A stretch of DNA of 13,211 nt from Candidatus Iainarchaeum sp. (GCA_043809245.1 JAZDDZ010000006.1:1-13211); one strand, 5' to 3'; shown: positions 1 to 8,096, counted from the stretch's first letter. Notes: generated by a model not told the origin, from the sequence alone. Numbers and translations are program-made.

Positions 1-139
1 CTACAGAAGCAATGCGCAAATACGTCACAGAAAGCCAACAAAAACACTGGACAGCAGAAAAACCCAAACCCGCGCAAACCACGCTACTACAATTCAATTA
101 AACCAGTGACGCCTGCCGCTTCAGCGGCAGGTAGTTCAC
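1..139 (+). mobile_element. Right part of an IS200/IS605-family insertion sequence; right end at TCAC 136-139
   Basis: Subterminal hairpin CCTGCCGC-TTCA-GCGGCAGG (112-131) followed by TAGTTCAC. GACG (108-111) sits at the hairpin foot and fits the guide/cleavage-site pairing geometry known for IS608 (GAAT/TCAA). Confidence 0.8.
3..101 (+). CDS. tnpA: C-terminal fragment of an IS200/IS605-family Y1 (HUH) transposase TnpA, 5'-truncated by the window edge
   Basis: Frame 3 reads TEAMRKYVTESQQKHWTAEKPKPAQTTLLQFN* (TAA 99-101). RKYVTESQ resembles the catalytic-Tyr helix (Y...Q) of Y1 transposases, and a typical IS200/IS605 right end follows immediately. The HUH motif lies outside the window. Confidence 0.75.
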   Translation, partial: TEAMRKYVTESQQKHWTAEKPKPAQTTLLQFN

Positions 140-600
140 AACGATTTTCCAGAAATAAAAACGAGATAAAAACACCCGGCTTGTTAAAGGCATCCGCGGC
201 AATTGATGAATTAATTTTAGGAAAAGGAATGATGCAAATCAGAAATGCCATTACTACGGAGAAATCCGAGTCATTTGTTGCGCCAATGCTTCAAAAAGAG
301 CTACACCGAAAGCCAACAATTGCAATGGTTTGGGGCGCGGCCCATTATAATGTAACTGGTTTGCTTTTGCACCCGGAAAAAAGGCATAAAATTCTTGCAG
401 AAAACAGGTTGGAAAAATTCGTTCATGCAGATTACCCTCAAGCAATAAAATTCAGGCTGGATAAGAACGGTAAAATTACTGAGCTTAAAGAATTTCCTAC
501 GGCATTAAAAGTGCCAAGGCGAAAACAAAAAGAAAAAGCAACCCCGCCAATGTCAAGAAGAGATTTTTTCAAAACATTCAAAAGAAGAACACGCGCTTAA
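140..600 (+). pseudogene. 3' remnant of a hypothetical gene probably interrupted by the IS; RN...GAAH motifs resemble the TraB/GumN (EreA/ChaN-like) superfamily C-terminus
   Basis: The supplied GTG start at 106 lies inside the IS end. The frame is open from the junction to TAA 600 and contains IRNAITTEK and TIAMVWGAAH. The family assignment is inference. Confidence 0.5.
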
Positions 601-607
601 ATTTTAC

Positions 608-1894
608 TCAGAATTCCTTCAGCGTTTTCTGCCCTGCAAAGCTTCCCTTTCCATCCAATTCGTCTTTCATTTCTTTTTTCTTCCTTTGGAATTCTTCTTC
701 GGAGTCGCAGACAATGGGCTTTCCGTAATCTCCGCCCCCGCCGGGAATGTAAAGCGTCCAGCCTTTTCGGAAAGCGATTATTTTTTTTCCAATTGATTCA
801 TTCACTTCAAGCAATTCGTTTTCCGGGGCGTCAACCTGCACGGCTATCTCGGTTTTGAACCTGCTCACGAAATCACGCCAGGCGCTCTGCACCCGCTGTG
901 CCTGAACGTTTTTAATCCCAAGTGCGGACTGGATTATTTCCGCCAAGGGAAGCAAGTGAAGGTAAGGCGGTCGGAAAGGGGGGTGGGTTTCTTTTGTGAA
1001 AGAAGCAAGCTCGCTGATTCTGTCCCTCACTCCTCTTTTTATCTGGCCCCTGCATTTCGGGCAGCGCCATTTCAGCTGAACTGCCTGTTCCATTGAAAAT
1101 TTTTCAAAGCAGCCATTGCATGCAGTTGCATGGTATTTTCCCTCACGCGGGTCCAAGCCAACATTTAACGTGATTAATTTCTCTTCCTTTTGCTCCAGCG
1201 CTTTTTTCAGCTCGCCAAAGGAAGGCTTTTTCATTTTAATGCGCATGAACTCCCTTCCGATGCGGAAAGGCCACGGGGAATGGGAATCGCTTGCGGTTAA
1301 AAAGCCGTAATTATGGTTTTCTTCAATCAGATCAGCGAAATAGCTGTCAGCGCTTAACCCCAATTCAATGAATGAGATTTTTCCAGCCATTTCACCGAAT
1401 GCTTTTTTCACTGAATCGAAGTGTGCATAAACTGAAAAGTACGGCGTGAAGGCATGCGCGGGCCCGATTATTCCGCCCGCGTCAAAAACCTTTTCAGCCA
1501 GCTGCTCCGCGCTTAGTTTGATTCTCGGCCTTCCACAGCCAAAGCACTCAAAGTTAGCGGTTCCCTTCAATGATTCTTTGAGGTTCAGCGCTGTGCTCAG
1601 GTCAGGCAGAAAAATAAGCTGGTGTATTCTGTTGGCGTCCTCAACTTCAACTCCTGTGATGAAATAAGTGTCAAACTTTTTGTGCTTAAGGACGCCGTTT
1701 TCTTCTTCAACCAATTCGGTTTCCAGTTCCTTGAACCATTTTCCATGCAATGCGTCCGAGGTGCTCACCACATGCAGGCCTTTCAAGCCTGCCTGCTCCG
1801 CGATTATCGGCGGGTGCATGTTTTTGGAGACGCCGCCGCTGTAAAGCCCGTGGAAGTGCAAGTCGCAGTTGTACTCGTTCATTGGCATCTGCAT
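608..1894 (-). CDS. endoQ: Endonuclease Q-like PHP-domain protein (TIGR00375 family) with C4 zinc finger and C-terminal PIP-like motif
   Basis: PHP motifs DLHFH, EVED..RIH, GPAHAFTP, ELGLSAD and SDSHSP; GLDPREGKYHATACNGC...CPKC...GVRDRI; PGGGGDYG; terminal QKTLKEF. The start could be at 1894, 1888 or 1882. Confidence 0.88.
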   Translation of the reverse strand: MQMPMNEYNCDLHFHGLYSGGVSKNMHPPIIAEQAGLKGLHVVSTSDALHGKWFKELETELVEEENGVLKHKKFDTYFITGVEVEDANRIHQLIFLPDLSTALNLKESLKGTANFECFGCGRPRIKLSAEQLAEKVFDAGGIIGPAHAFTPYFSVYAHFDSVKKAFGEMAGKISFIELGLSADSYFADLIEENHNYGFLTASDSHSPWPFRIGREFMRIKMKKPSFGELKKALEQKEEKLITLNVGLDPREGKYHATACNGCFEKFSMEQAVQLKWRCPKCRGQIKRGVRDRISELASFTKETHPPFRPPYLHLLPLAEIIQSALGIKNVQAQRVQSAWRDFVSRFKTEIAVQVDAPENELLEVNESIGKKIIAFRKGWTLYIPGGGGDYGKPIVCDSEEEFQRKKKEMKDELDGKGSFAGQKTLKEF

Positions 1895-1928
1895 ATGTTT
1901 TAATTAATAAAAGAATATTAATTGATTC
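1895..1928. promoter_or_regulatory. 34-bp AT-rich divergent promoter region with inverted repeat AATTAATA-N6-TATTAATT
   Basis: Arms at 1902-1909 and 1916-1923 lie between two head-to-head start codons. No SD is visible, which suggests leaderless transcripts. Confidence 0.5.
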
Positions 1929-2930
1929 ATGAAGGAAGCGGCCTTTTACAAGAAACTTAATGGCGGAGCAGTCCAATGCACTGCCTGCAACCGCTTTTGC
2001 GTGTTGAAGGAAGGGGAAAGCGGGATCTGCGGCGTGAGAAAAAACCGCGGGGGAAAGCTTTTTTCACTGGTTTACGGAAAAACAATGTCCTTGGAGATTG
2101 ACCCGATTGAAAAAAAGCCATTGTTTCACTTCAAGCCAGGTTCCAGGTGCCTGGGCGTTTCAACTTTTGGATGCAATATGAAATGCATGATGTGCCAAAA
2201 CTTCTCGCTCTCGCAGGAGTTCTCGGAGCAAATGATTGAAGATGTTCCTGAAACTTCTCCTGAGGAAATTGTGGAAAAAACGCTTGAAGCAGGAGTTGAA
2301 GGAATCGCTTACACCTACAACGAACCGACAGTGTTCTCGGAATTCGCTTTGGGCACAATGAAGCTTGCGCGGAAAAAAGGATTGTACAATGCCTGGGTTT
2401 CAAACGGCTACATGTCAAAGGAAGTGATTGAAGCAGTTTCTCCCTTCCTTGACGCGATAAACATTGACCTCAAAGGAGGGGAAAAGTTTTACAAAGAGGT
2501 TTGCGGAAATGTCTCCGTGGAAAAGGTGAAGGAAAGCATCCGCTTGTTTTCAGAAAAAAAAGTGCACCTGGAGCTGACTTATCTCATTGTTCCTGGATGG
2601 AATGACAGGGAAAAGGATTTCAAAGATGCCGGGGAATTCGTTGTTTCAGTTGATGAGGGGGTGCCTCTTCACTTTTCGCGTTTTTTCCCCCACTATAAGC
2701 TCGACTATCTGCCCCCAACTCCCTGGGAAAGGCTGCGCAAAGCAAAGGAAATTGCGGAAAAAGCAGGAGTGAAATATGTTTACCTGGGCAATATGGGTGC
2801 AGAGGAGAACTCTTACTGCAAAAAATGCGGAAGCATTTTGGTGAAAAGAATCCATTACTCCATAAGCCCTTTGGGTTTGAATGGAAAAAAGTGCGCCAAG
2901 TGCGGAGCGGAAAACAATTTTGTTCCCTGA
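1929..2930 (+). CDS. amrS: AmmeMemoRadiSam system radical SAM enzyme (PflA/PflX-like)
   Basis: N-terminal CTACNRFC...GICGVR, DPIEKKPLFHF, radical SAM motif GCNMKCMMCQN, AYTYNEP, SNGY, NIDLK, LHFSRFFPHYK, YVYLGN and a C-terminal CxxC...CxxC. Confidence 0.92.
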   Translation: MKEAAFYKKLNGGAVQCTACNRFCVLKEGESGICGVRKNRGGKLFSLVYGKTMSLEIDPIEKKPLFHFKPGSRCLGVSTFGCNMKCMMCQNFSLSQEFSEQMIEDVPETSPEEIVEKTLEAGVEGIAYTYNEPTVFSEFALGTMKLARKKGLYNAWVSNGYMSKEVIEAVSPFLDAINIDLKGGEKFYKEVCGNVSVEKVKESIRLFSEKKVHLELTYLIVPGWNDREKDFKDAGEFVVSVDEGVPLHFSRFFPHYKLDYLPPTPWERLRKAKEIAEKAGVKYVYLGNMGAEENSYCKKCGSILVKRIHYSISPLGLNGKKCAKCGAENNFVP

Positions 2931-2943
2931 AAACACCGCTGCT

Positions 2944-3240
2944 TTAGATTGGCACTCCCAAAAATTTGAGCAAAAGCATTACTCCCACTCCTGCTGGCCC
3001 GAAGATAAGCGAGACAATCAGGCTTGAAATGAAAGGAAGCTCTATTTTGATGCCGTAAACCACTATTGCCCAGAAAACCAGGCCAAGGATTGTGTTCACG
3101 ACTATTTTCTTCAAAAGAAAGAAGACAATTATGGCGATTGCAATAAGCACTAATCCGCCTAAAAGGATTTTCCAGTCCCCTGCAAGCGATGAAGCGCCTG
3201 CAACAGTGCCTGAAACATCAACCAGTTCAGCCAGAAACAT
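2944..3240 (-). CDS. Small membrane protein, BofA-like (pro-sigmaK processing inhibitor family)
   Basis: About 3 hydrophobic segments; the pattern KIVVNTILGL...SLIFGPAGVGVMLLLKFLG matches my recollection of the BofA family. SD GGAGG upstream. Confidence 0.65.
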   Translation of the reverse strand: MFLAELVDVSGTVAGASSLAGDWKILLGGLVLIAIAIIVFFLLKKIVVNTILGLVFWAIVVYGIKIELPFISSLIVSLIFGPAGVGVMLLLKFLGVPI

Positions 3241-3345
3241 TTTTTTGCCTCCGCATATTATATAATACTTATTTAACCCTATTTAATATTAATAGTAATT
3301 AAATGAATTAAAAACGCTTTGTTTTCCCTTAAAGGGGGAGTAAGA

Positions 3346-3981
3346 ATGGTTGTTTTCACGGAAGAACAGAAAAAGCTCGCTGCAGCGCTTTCAAAGGCAC
3401 CCAAAACCATTGAAGAGCTTCAGGCAATTGCAGGCCTGCCGTTTGACGAATTGAACAGGCAGCTAAAGCACATGCTTAAATTAAAGCTTTTAACCATCAG
3501 CGGTTACCCGCAAAAGTATGCCTTGGATGAAAATATTTCAAAAAAGCTTTCCGAAAGGAAGGAAACCGCGGAAAGGGACTCTTTTGTTTTAAGGCTTAAG
3601 GCAATAGTGGAGGCGCAGGCAATAGAGGAAACGCTTTTGGCAAAGGAGCTGGCGAAAATAGAAAAATTCCTTCGCGAGGAAAAAAACTTCACAATTTATG
3701 ATGTTTTCCATGAAAAAATCATCAAAGAGGGAGAGCATTACTCCGCTTTCCTTGAAGTAAACCTTTCAGTCAGGGATTTCCGCGCATTAATGCACCTGGT
3801 TTTCTTTTACGGCCCAACATCAATAGAGATAATCAAGCCGGAAAAAATGGAGTTCTCCTTGGAAGAACTGCAGGATGGATTGATGGATGCCACGCAAATG
3901 GTCCAAAACTACAACGAATACATCATTGGATTGCTTAACAAGAAAGAACTGGAAGAATTTCACAAAAAGTTCTACCGCTGA
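3346..3981 (+). CDS. N-terminal winged-helix domain fused to a conserved uncharacterised archaeal domain
   Basis: SD GGGGGAG before ATG 3346, preferred over TTG 3319. KTIEELQAIAGLPFDELNRQLKHMLKLKLL is HTH-like. The C-terminal part carries YSAFLEV...YGPTSIEIIKP. Confidence 0.7.
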   Translation: MVVFTEEQKKLAAALSKAPKTIEELQAIAGLPFDELNRQLKHMLKLKLLTISGYPQKYALDENISKKLSERKETAERDSFVLRLKAIVEAQAIEETLLAKELAKIEKFLREEKNFTIYDVFHEKIIKEGEHYSAFLEVNLSVRDFRALMHLVFFYGPTSIEIIKPEKMEFSLEELQDGLMDATQMVQNYNEYIIGLLNKKELEEFHKKFYR

Positions 3982-4126
3982 GCAAACAAAATTGCGCGGA
4001 AAATTCGGGGATTGCCTTAAAAAAAAGAAAAACACACATTCGTGCATCAACGAACACAACTTCAACAAAAGCCTTAAAAAAAGCCCCTTTTGGCTTAAAA
4101 AGCCCTTAAAAGTTTCCATTCACAAC

Positions 4127-4143
4127 CGAAATCTATTTAAATA
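4127..4143 (+). promoter_or_regulatory. BRE/TATA promoter of the S-layer gene
   Basis: CGAAA followed by TTTAAATA (4136-4143); standard archaeal spacing predicts +1 near 4165-4167. Confidence 0.65.
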
Positions 4144-4164
4144 AAGCCAGAGTAGATTATTAGA

Positions 4165-4249
4165 GTCTAGATAGCTTTGTCTTCCAGCATAAGATGGCTT
4201 TGAAGGCACAAATACGTCTAGAATCCTTTTGATAAGATTCGTGAGGTGA
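4165..4249 (+). promoter_or_regulatory. Structured 5' UTR and SD (GAGGTGA 4243-4249) of the S-layer mRNA
   Basis: Pairings TCTAGA 4166-4171/4217-4222, TTTG/CAAA, GTCTTC/GAAGGC and AGC/GCT; a second small stem GAATC/GATTC spans 4221-4240. Confidence 0.55.
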
Positions 4250-4257
4250 AACAAAAA

Positions 4258-7200
4258 ATGAAAGGATTAACAATAAAGAAATTGGCTGCAATAGCAGCAG
4301 GAGCCGTATTGGTCGGAACCGCGTTAGCGCCAATCGTAACAGCAATCGACTTGCAGAGATCAGACATCTACAAGAGCAATGGCTCTCCAGCCGTTGACAT
4401 CGTTGTAGGAAAGATGGCACAGGTAAGCGACGCAGTTTGGGCCGGAAACATAGCGGCAAAGATTGCATCCAAAGCAGCGACATCAACAGATGTTGCAATT
4501 AGCGGCGGAGGCGAAGGGGGAACAGCAAACCCTTCAGACCTAAGCGTTGACTTGGCAATCGGCGGAGTCGTAGCATACGGCGCCGGCTCAAAGCAATACA
4601 AGGTCAACCTGAACTCTGCTTCAGGGGCGAACGAAATTGACGCAAACATCCTGACGAGCTCACAGCTGACAAACCTTTACAACTCTGATGTAACAATAAA
4701 GGTAAACGCCAGCACGTCAACAATAAGGGAACAGGAAAAAATAACTGTAACCATTGACACAAAGTTCGACAAGACAACCGATGTAAAGGATTTGGTAGGA
4801 ATGATCGGTTCAAGCCAGTTCCAGTACAAGGTTGACTTGGGTACAGGCGTGCCCCTAAACGGATCGGGAAACAAAAACTACAGCTATTACACGGACGGAG
4901 GCTCATCCGACAACGTGAAACTGCCTTTCTTCGGCACCACATACGAGTTAAAGACAGCTGACTTCAACTCAACCACACAAAACGTCAAGCTCGTAAGGTC
5001 AAGCGCCAAAGAAACATACAACGAAGGCCAGACAATCACGGGACTTAAGGGAAGAGGCACTGCAGACGGAAAAGACCTTTCAGTCAAAGTAGTGCAGATA
5101 ACCCAGTCGGGTCCGGCTTCAGGGTCATTCAATGTGACGCTCGAATTATACGACGGCGAAACAAGGCTTGACACCCAGACAATCTCAGCAAGCACTGACT
5201 TGTCAGAAACGTTCGTTGACGCCGCAGGAGACTTGGTTCTAGCAAGCAACCTGTTCGTTGACACAATCGCATTAGCGACAACGACAAGCACAGGCTATAT
5301 AGAAATAACAAAGGGAACAGACACAGTCGTTCTGTACAGCGGCAAAGGATACCCATACGACTCATCAAACATTTCAGGCCCATACGACTACACAGTCTCA
5401 TTCACCACATCAGGCCTGAACGGAAGCTCTGCAAAGTTCACTGGAATAGTAATCCAGAACAGCAGGGAAAGATGGGATTCAGGAACCAGCGTGTTGTACC
5501 CCACAAACGTAAACCAGTCACTCACAGGCACGGAAGGAACCCAAGCGGTTTTCGGAAACGCCTTGGCTGACGGAGTTGCGGGAAAAGGATACGCCAAAGT
5601 GGAATTCCAGGGCTTTGAGGGAACCCAGTCAAAAACATCAATAAAACTGGGAAAAATCACAGGCACAAACCCTGCGCTTGACCAAGCTTCATACGGCGGC
5701 GCTGAATTCTACGACGCATCAGGCGGAGTCCACAGAATTCCGTTCGCGCTCGGCTTGAGCGACGGAGGCGGCCAGACAGGCAGCGGAAGCTTCACATTCG
5801 ACGGAGCAACCATTGCCTACAGGGTCAACTACGGCTCAGGCACATCAGCAAGGAGCGGAACAAGGGACGTTAACATCACAGTCACAACAGGAGACTATGT
5901 TAACGGAAGAACCTGGACAATCACAGACACAAACGAAGCCCAGGCACTAGTATCTGTTTCAGGGGGCATTGGAGTCCTCACAGACACATTAGGCCTTGGA
6001 AACTGGCAGATAGGAACAGACGCAAACACAGCAGTCGACGGCGTAACCTACAAGCTGTTGGACGCAAACTGGGCAGAAACAGGCTCAGACCCCGCCAACG
6101 CAATTGTAGTCGCAGTTGATGCAAACGTCGAGCTCCAGCTCAACACACTGTCAGCTTCGCCTAAAAGCAACGGAACCTACATCTACAACACAAGCGGAGA
6201 CACCACAGACGACTCATACGGACAGCTGTACCTCTCAAACGACACTACGTTCGAGCCGGCAGCAACCGTTGCAAAAACCGCTGCAGGAATAGGCCTGTAC
6301 GGAAGCGACAACACAAGAAAAGCGTACTACGCTGCGAGAATCAGCACATCGGGAAGCACATCAAGGGCTTTGTGGTTCGTGATGGACGACCAGAACTTCT
6401 ATCTGGCTGACAGCAACGTCACACAGTACAGCAAAGCAGTCGGCTTCCACGGCACAGCGCAGAACGACGGAACAGGCGGCACAGCAGGCAATTCAGTCAG
6501 CTACTACTCGCCTGACAACATCGACTTCGCAAGCAACAGGGCTCAAACCAACCAGTACTATGCTGCGGAGTTCCAGGTAGACGACCCGCTTGACACAACA
6601 GGCGGAGGCGCGGACTTCAACGTCATCATAGACACAAGGGACGGCGGATTGATCGGGCCATTCCCGAACGACCAGCTCTCAGTGTTTGGGTACGACGTGA
6701 ACTACAACGCCACAAACGGCTACATGTTGAGGTCAGGAACACAGTCTGACTATCTCTCCGGCGGATACACAGACGTCGGCGGAAAGGCAACAATTGACGC
6801 GACAAACAACATTGTCTCGTTCAGCCTGCCGCAGAACAGGGAACAAATAGTCATCTACGTTCTGGGCGCGGAGTCCACAAGGACCACAACAGGCGACGAG
6901 CTCACAGGCCTTGCAGAAGGCGACACAGGAACCACGGCAGCAGGAACAAACATCACCATCACAAAAATCAACTACACTGCCGGTGACTGCGGAGCAGCAG
7001 CTGCAGGAAGCTGTACAGCTACACCCAGCAAAGCCTTGACGTTGGCTAGCGTTCCGGACAACTTGGTTGTCTTGGACACTGACAACACAAGCGGCAGCCA
7101 CATAATTGTCGGCGGCCCAATAGTCAACAGGCTTGCAGATCAGGTAAGCGGCTTGTCCGAAAGGCTGAATTCAGACGGTGACGTTGTTGCCGAAAAAATG

Positions 7201-7293
7201 GACGGCGACATAGTCGTTGCAGGATATTCAGCAGCGGACACAGGCAATGCAGCGCAAGAGCTCATCGACGCAATCGATGGTCTGAACCCGTAA
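4258..7293 (+). CDS. S-layer glycoprotein (S_layer_N / S_layer_C type, as in Methanococcales/Thermococcales and DPANN)
   Basis: Signal peptide MKGLTIKKLAAIAAGAVLVGTALA; IVVGKMAQVSDAVWAGNIAAKI; C-terminal HIIVGGPIVNRL...IVVAGYSAADT. Thr/Gly/Ser/Asp-rich with more than 15 N-x-S/T sequons and strongly biased codons (ACA, GAC, AAC, TAC). ATG 4258 follows the SD. Confidence 0.92.
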   Translation: MKGLTIKKLAAIAAGAVLVGTALAPIVTAIDLQRSDIYKSNGSPAVDIVVGKMAQVSDAVWAGNIAAKIASKAATSTDVAISGGGEGGTANPSDLSVDLAIGGVVAYGAGSKQYKVNLNSASGANEIDANILTSSQLTNLYNSDVTIKVNASTSTIREQEKITVTIDTKFDKTTDVKDLVGMIGSSQFQYKVDLGTGVPLNGSGNKNYSYYTDGGSSDNVKLPFFGTTYELKTADFNSTTQNVKLVRSSAKETYNEGQTITGLKGRGTADGKDLSVKVVQITQSGPASGSFNVTLELYDGETRLDTQTISASTDLSETFVDAAGDLVLASNLFVDTIALATTTSTGYIEITKGTDTVVLYSGKGYPYDSSNISGPYDYTVSFTTSGLNGSSAKFTGIVIQNSRERWDSGTSVLYPTNVNQSLTGTEGTQAVFGNALADGVAGKGYAKVEFQGFEGTQSKTSIKLGKITGTNPALDQASYGGAEFYDASGGVHRIPFALGLSDGGGQTGSGSFTFDGATIAYRVNYGSGTSARSGTRDVNITVTTGDYVNGRTWTITDTNEAQALVSVSGGIGVLTDTLGLGNWQIGTDANTAVDGVTYKLLDANWAETGSDPANAIVVAVDANVELQLNTLSASPKSNGTYIYNTSGDTTDDSYGQLYLSNDTTFEPAATVAKTAAGIGLYGSDNTRKAYYAARISTSGSTSRALWFVMDDQNFYLADSNVTQYSKAVGFHGTAQNDGTGGTAGNSVSYYSPDNIDFASNRAQTNQYYAAEFQVDDPLDTTGGGADFNVIIDTRDGGLIGPFPNDQLSVFGYDVNYNATNGYMLRSGTQSDYLSGGYTDVGGKATIDATNNIVSFSLPQNREQIVIYVLGAESTRTTTGDELTGLAEGDTGTTAAGTNITITKINYTAGDCGAAAAGSCTATPSKALTLASVPDNLVVLDTDNTSGSHIIVGGPIVNRLADQVSGLSERLNSDGDVVAEKMDGDIVVAGYSAADTGNAAQELIDAIDGLNP

Positions 7294-7301
7294 AACGTTT
7301 C

Positions 7302-7354
7302 GAAAAAAAGTTAGGCTGAAAAGCCTAATTTTTTCTTTTCTTTTTTTTCTTTTT
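7302..7354 (+). terminator. Hairpin plus long oligo-T terminator after the S-layer gene
   Basis: TTAGGC-TGAAAA-GCCTAA (7311-7328), preceded by an A-run and followed by about 25 nt of T-rich sequence. Confidence 0.8.
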
Positions 7355-7435
7355 AATGCACCCTAAAAGTCATTAGGCTAATGGTTTCAGTCCGCTTTTT
7401 AATTCATTTGCCCGAAAAAATTGTAAGGTGTTTTC

Positions 7436-8068
7436 TTGAACAAGCCACTGGTTTATGCCCTCACTGCACTGGTTTTCTTTCTCATCGCACTTTTCGCGGC
7501 AATAATTGTGTTGGATTTCCTTGGGCCTTCAACTGGAAAGGTGTTCGTTAACGGCATTGAGTTTTCGGCGGCCGCTGATGCCAGTGCACCAAATGCAGCC
7601 GCTGCCTTAAATGCATTGGGCAGCGAACAAAAATTCATGGTTTCCCCGCAGTTCTTTGAATCCGGCGCAGCAAACGAGCAAATGACCAAATCATTGACGC
7701 TTTTCACCTCAATTTTAACCTTCAACGGAAAGAATGTTGAAACTGTTGCAAGGGTTGTTGACGCAAACCTTTCATTGCTCTTCTGCCAGTCAAACGAAGG
7801 CGATGCAAGGCAAAACAACAAGATTTCAATAGAGGAATGCGAACAAAAGCTCGCTGCATCTGATGCCGTAAAAATTCTGGTTGCCTTGCCAAACAAAAAC
7901 CTGCCAAATGCAAAAGTCCTTGTTTCAGCTGATTCAATTGAAGTCAGCCCAAAGGAGTGGGTTGATGTTTCCAATGCCTCCTTTGAAACCCTGAATCTGA
8001 TGTACGAGGGAAGCAGCGAAACAGTCGCAAAAATCAACAGCATTTTAAGCCAGATAAAGGCAAATTAA
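7436..8068 (+). CDS. Hypothetical protein with an N-terminal membrane anchor, probably surface-exposed
   Basis: SD AGGTG before a TTG start; one long hydrophobic helix; two Cys (CQSNEGD...EEC); sequons NLS and NAS. Confidence 0.75.
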   Translation: MNKPLVYALTALVFFLIALFAAIIVLDFLGPSTGKVFVNGIEFSAAADASAPNAAAALNALGSEQKFMVSPQFFESGAANEQMTKSLTLFTSILTFNGKNVETVARVVDANLSLLFCQSNEGDARQNNKISIEECEQKLAASDAVKILVALPNKNLPNAKVLVSADSIEVSPKEWVDVSNASFETLNLMYEGSSETVAKINSILSQIKAN

Positions 8069-8072
8069 CAGC

Positions 8073-8096
8073 GATACATTTATATGCTATTGTATC
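8073..8096 (+). promoter_or_regulatory. TATA box flanked by inverted repeat GATACA-N12-TGTATC; candidate autoregulatory operator of the TA-like pair
   Basis: GATACA 8073-8078, TTTATA 8079-8084, TGTATC 8091-8096. Confidence 0.5.

Noticed and set aside
106-600. Intact 164-aa gene starting at GTG 106
   Set aside because: The start and first 11 codons lie in the IS right-end hairpin, so an interrupted gene is more likely.
4160-7101. Multiple antisense ORFs within or overlapping the S-layer gene
   Set aside because: These are shadow ORFs caused by strong codon bias and show no motifs.
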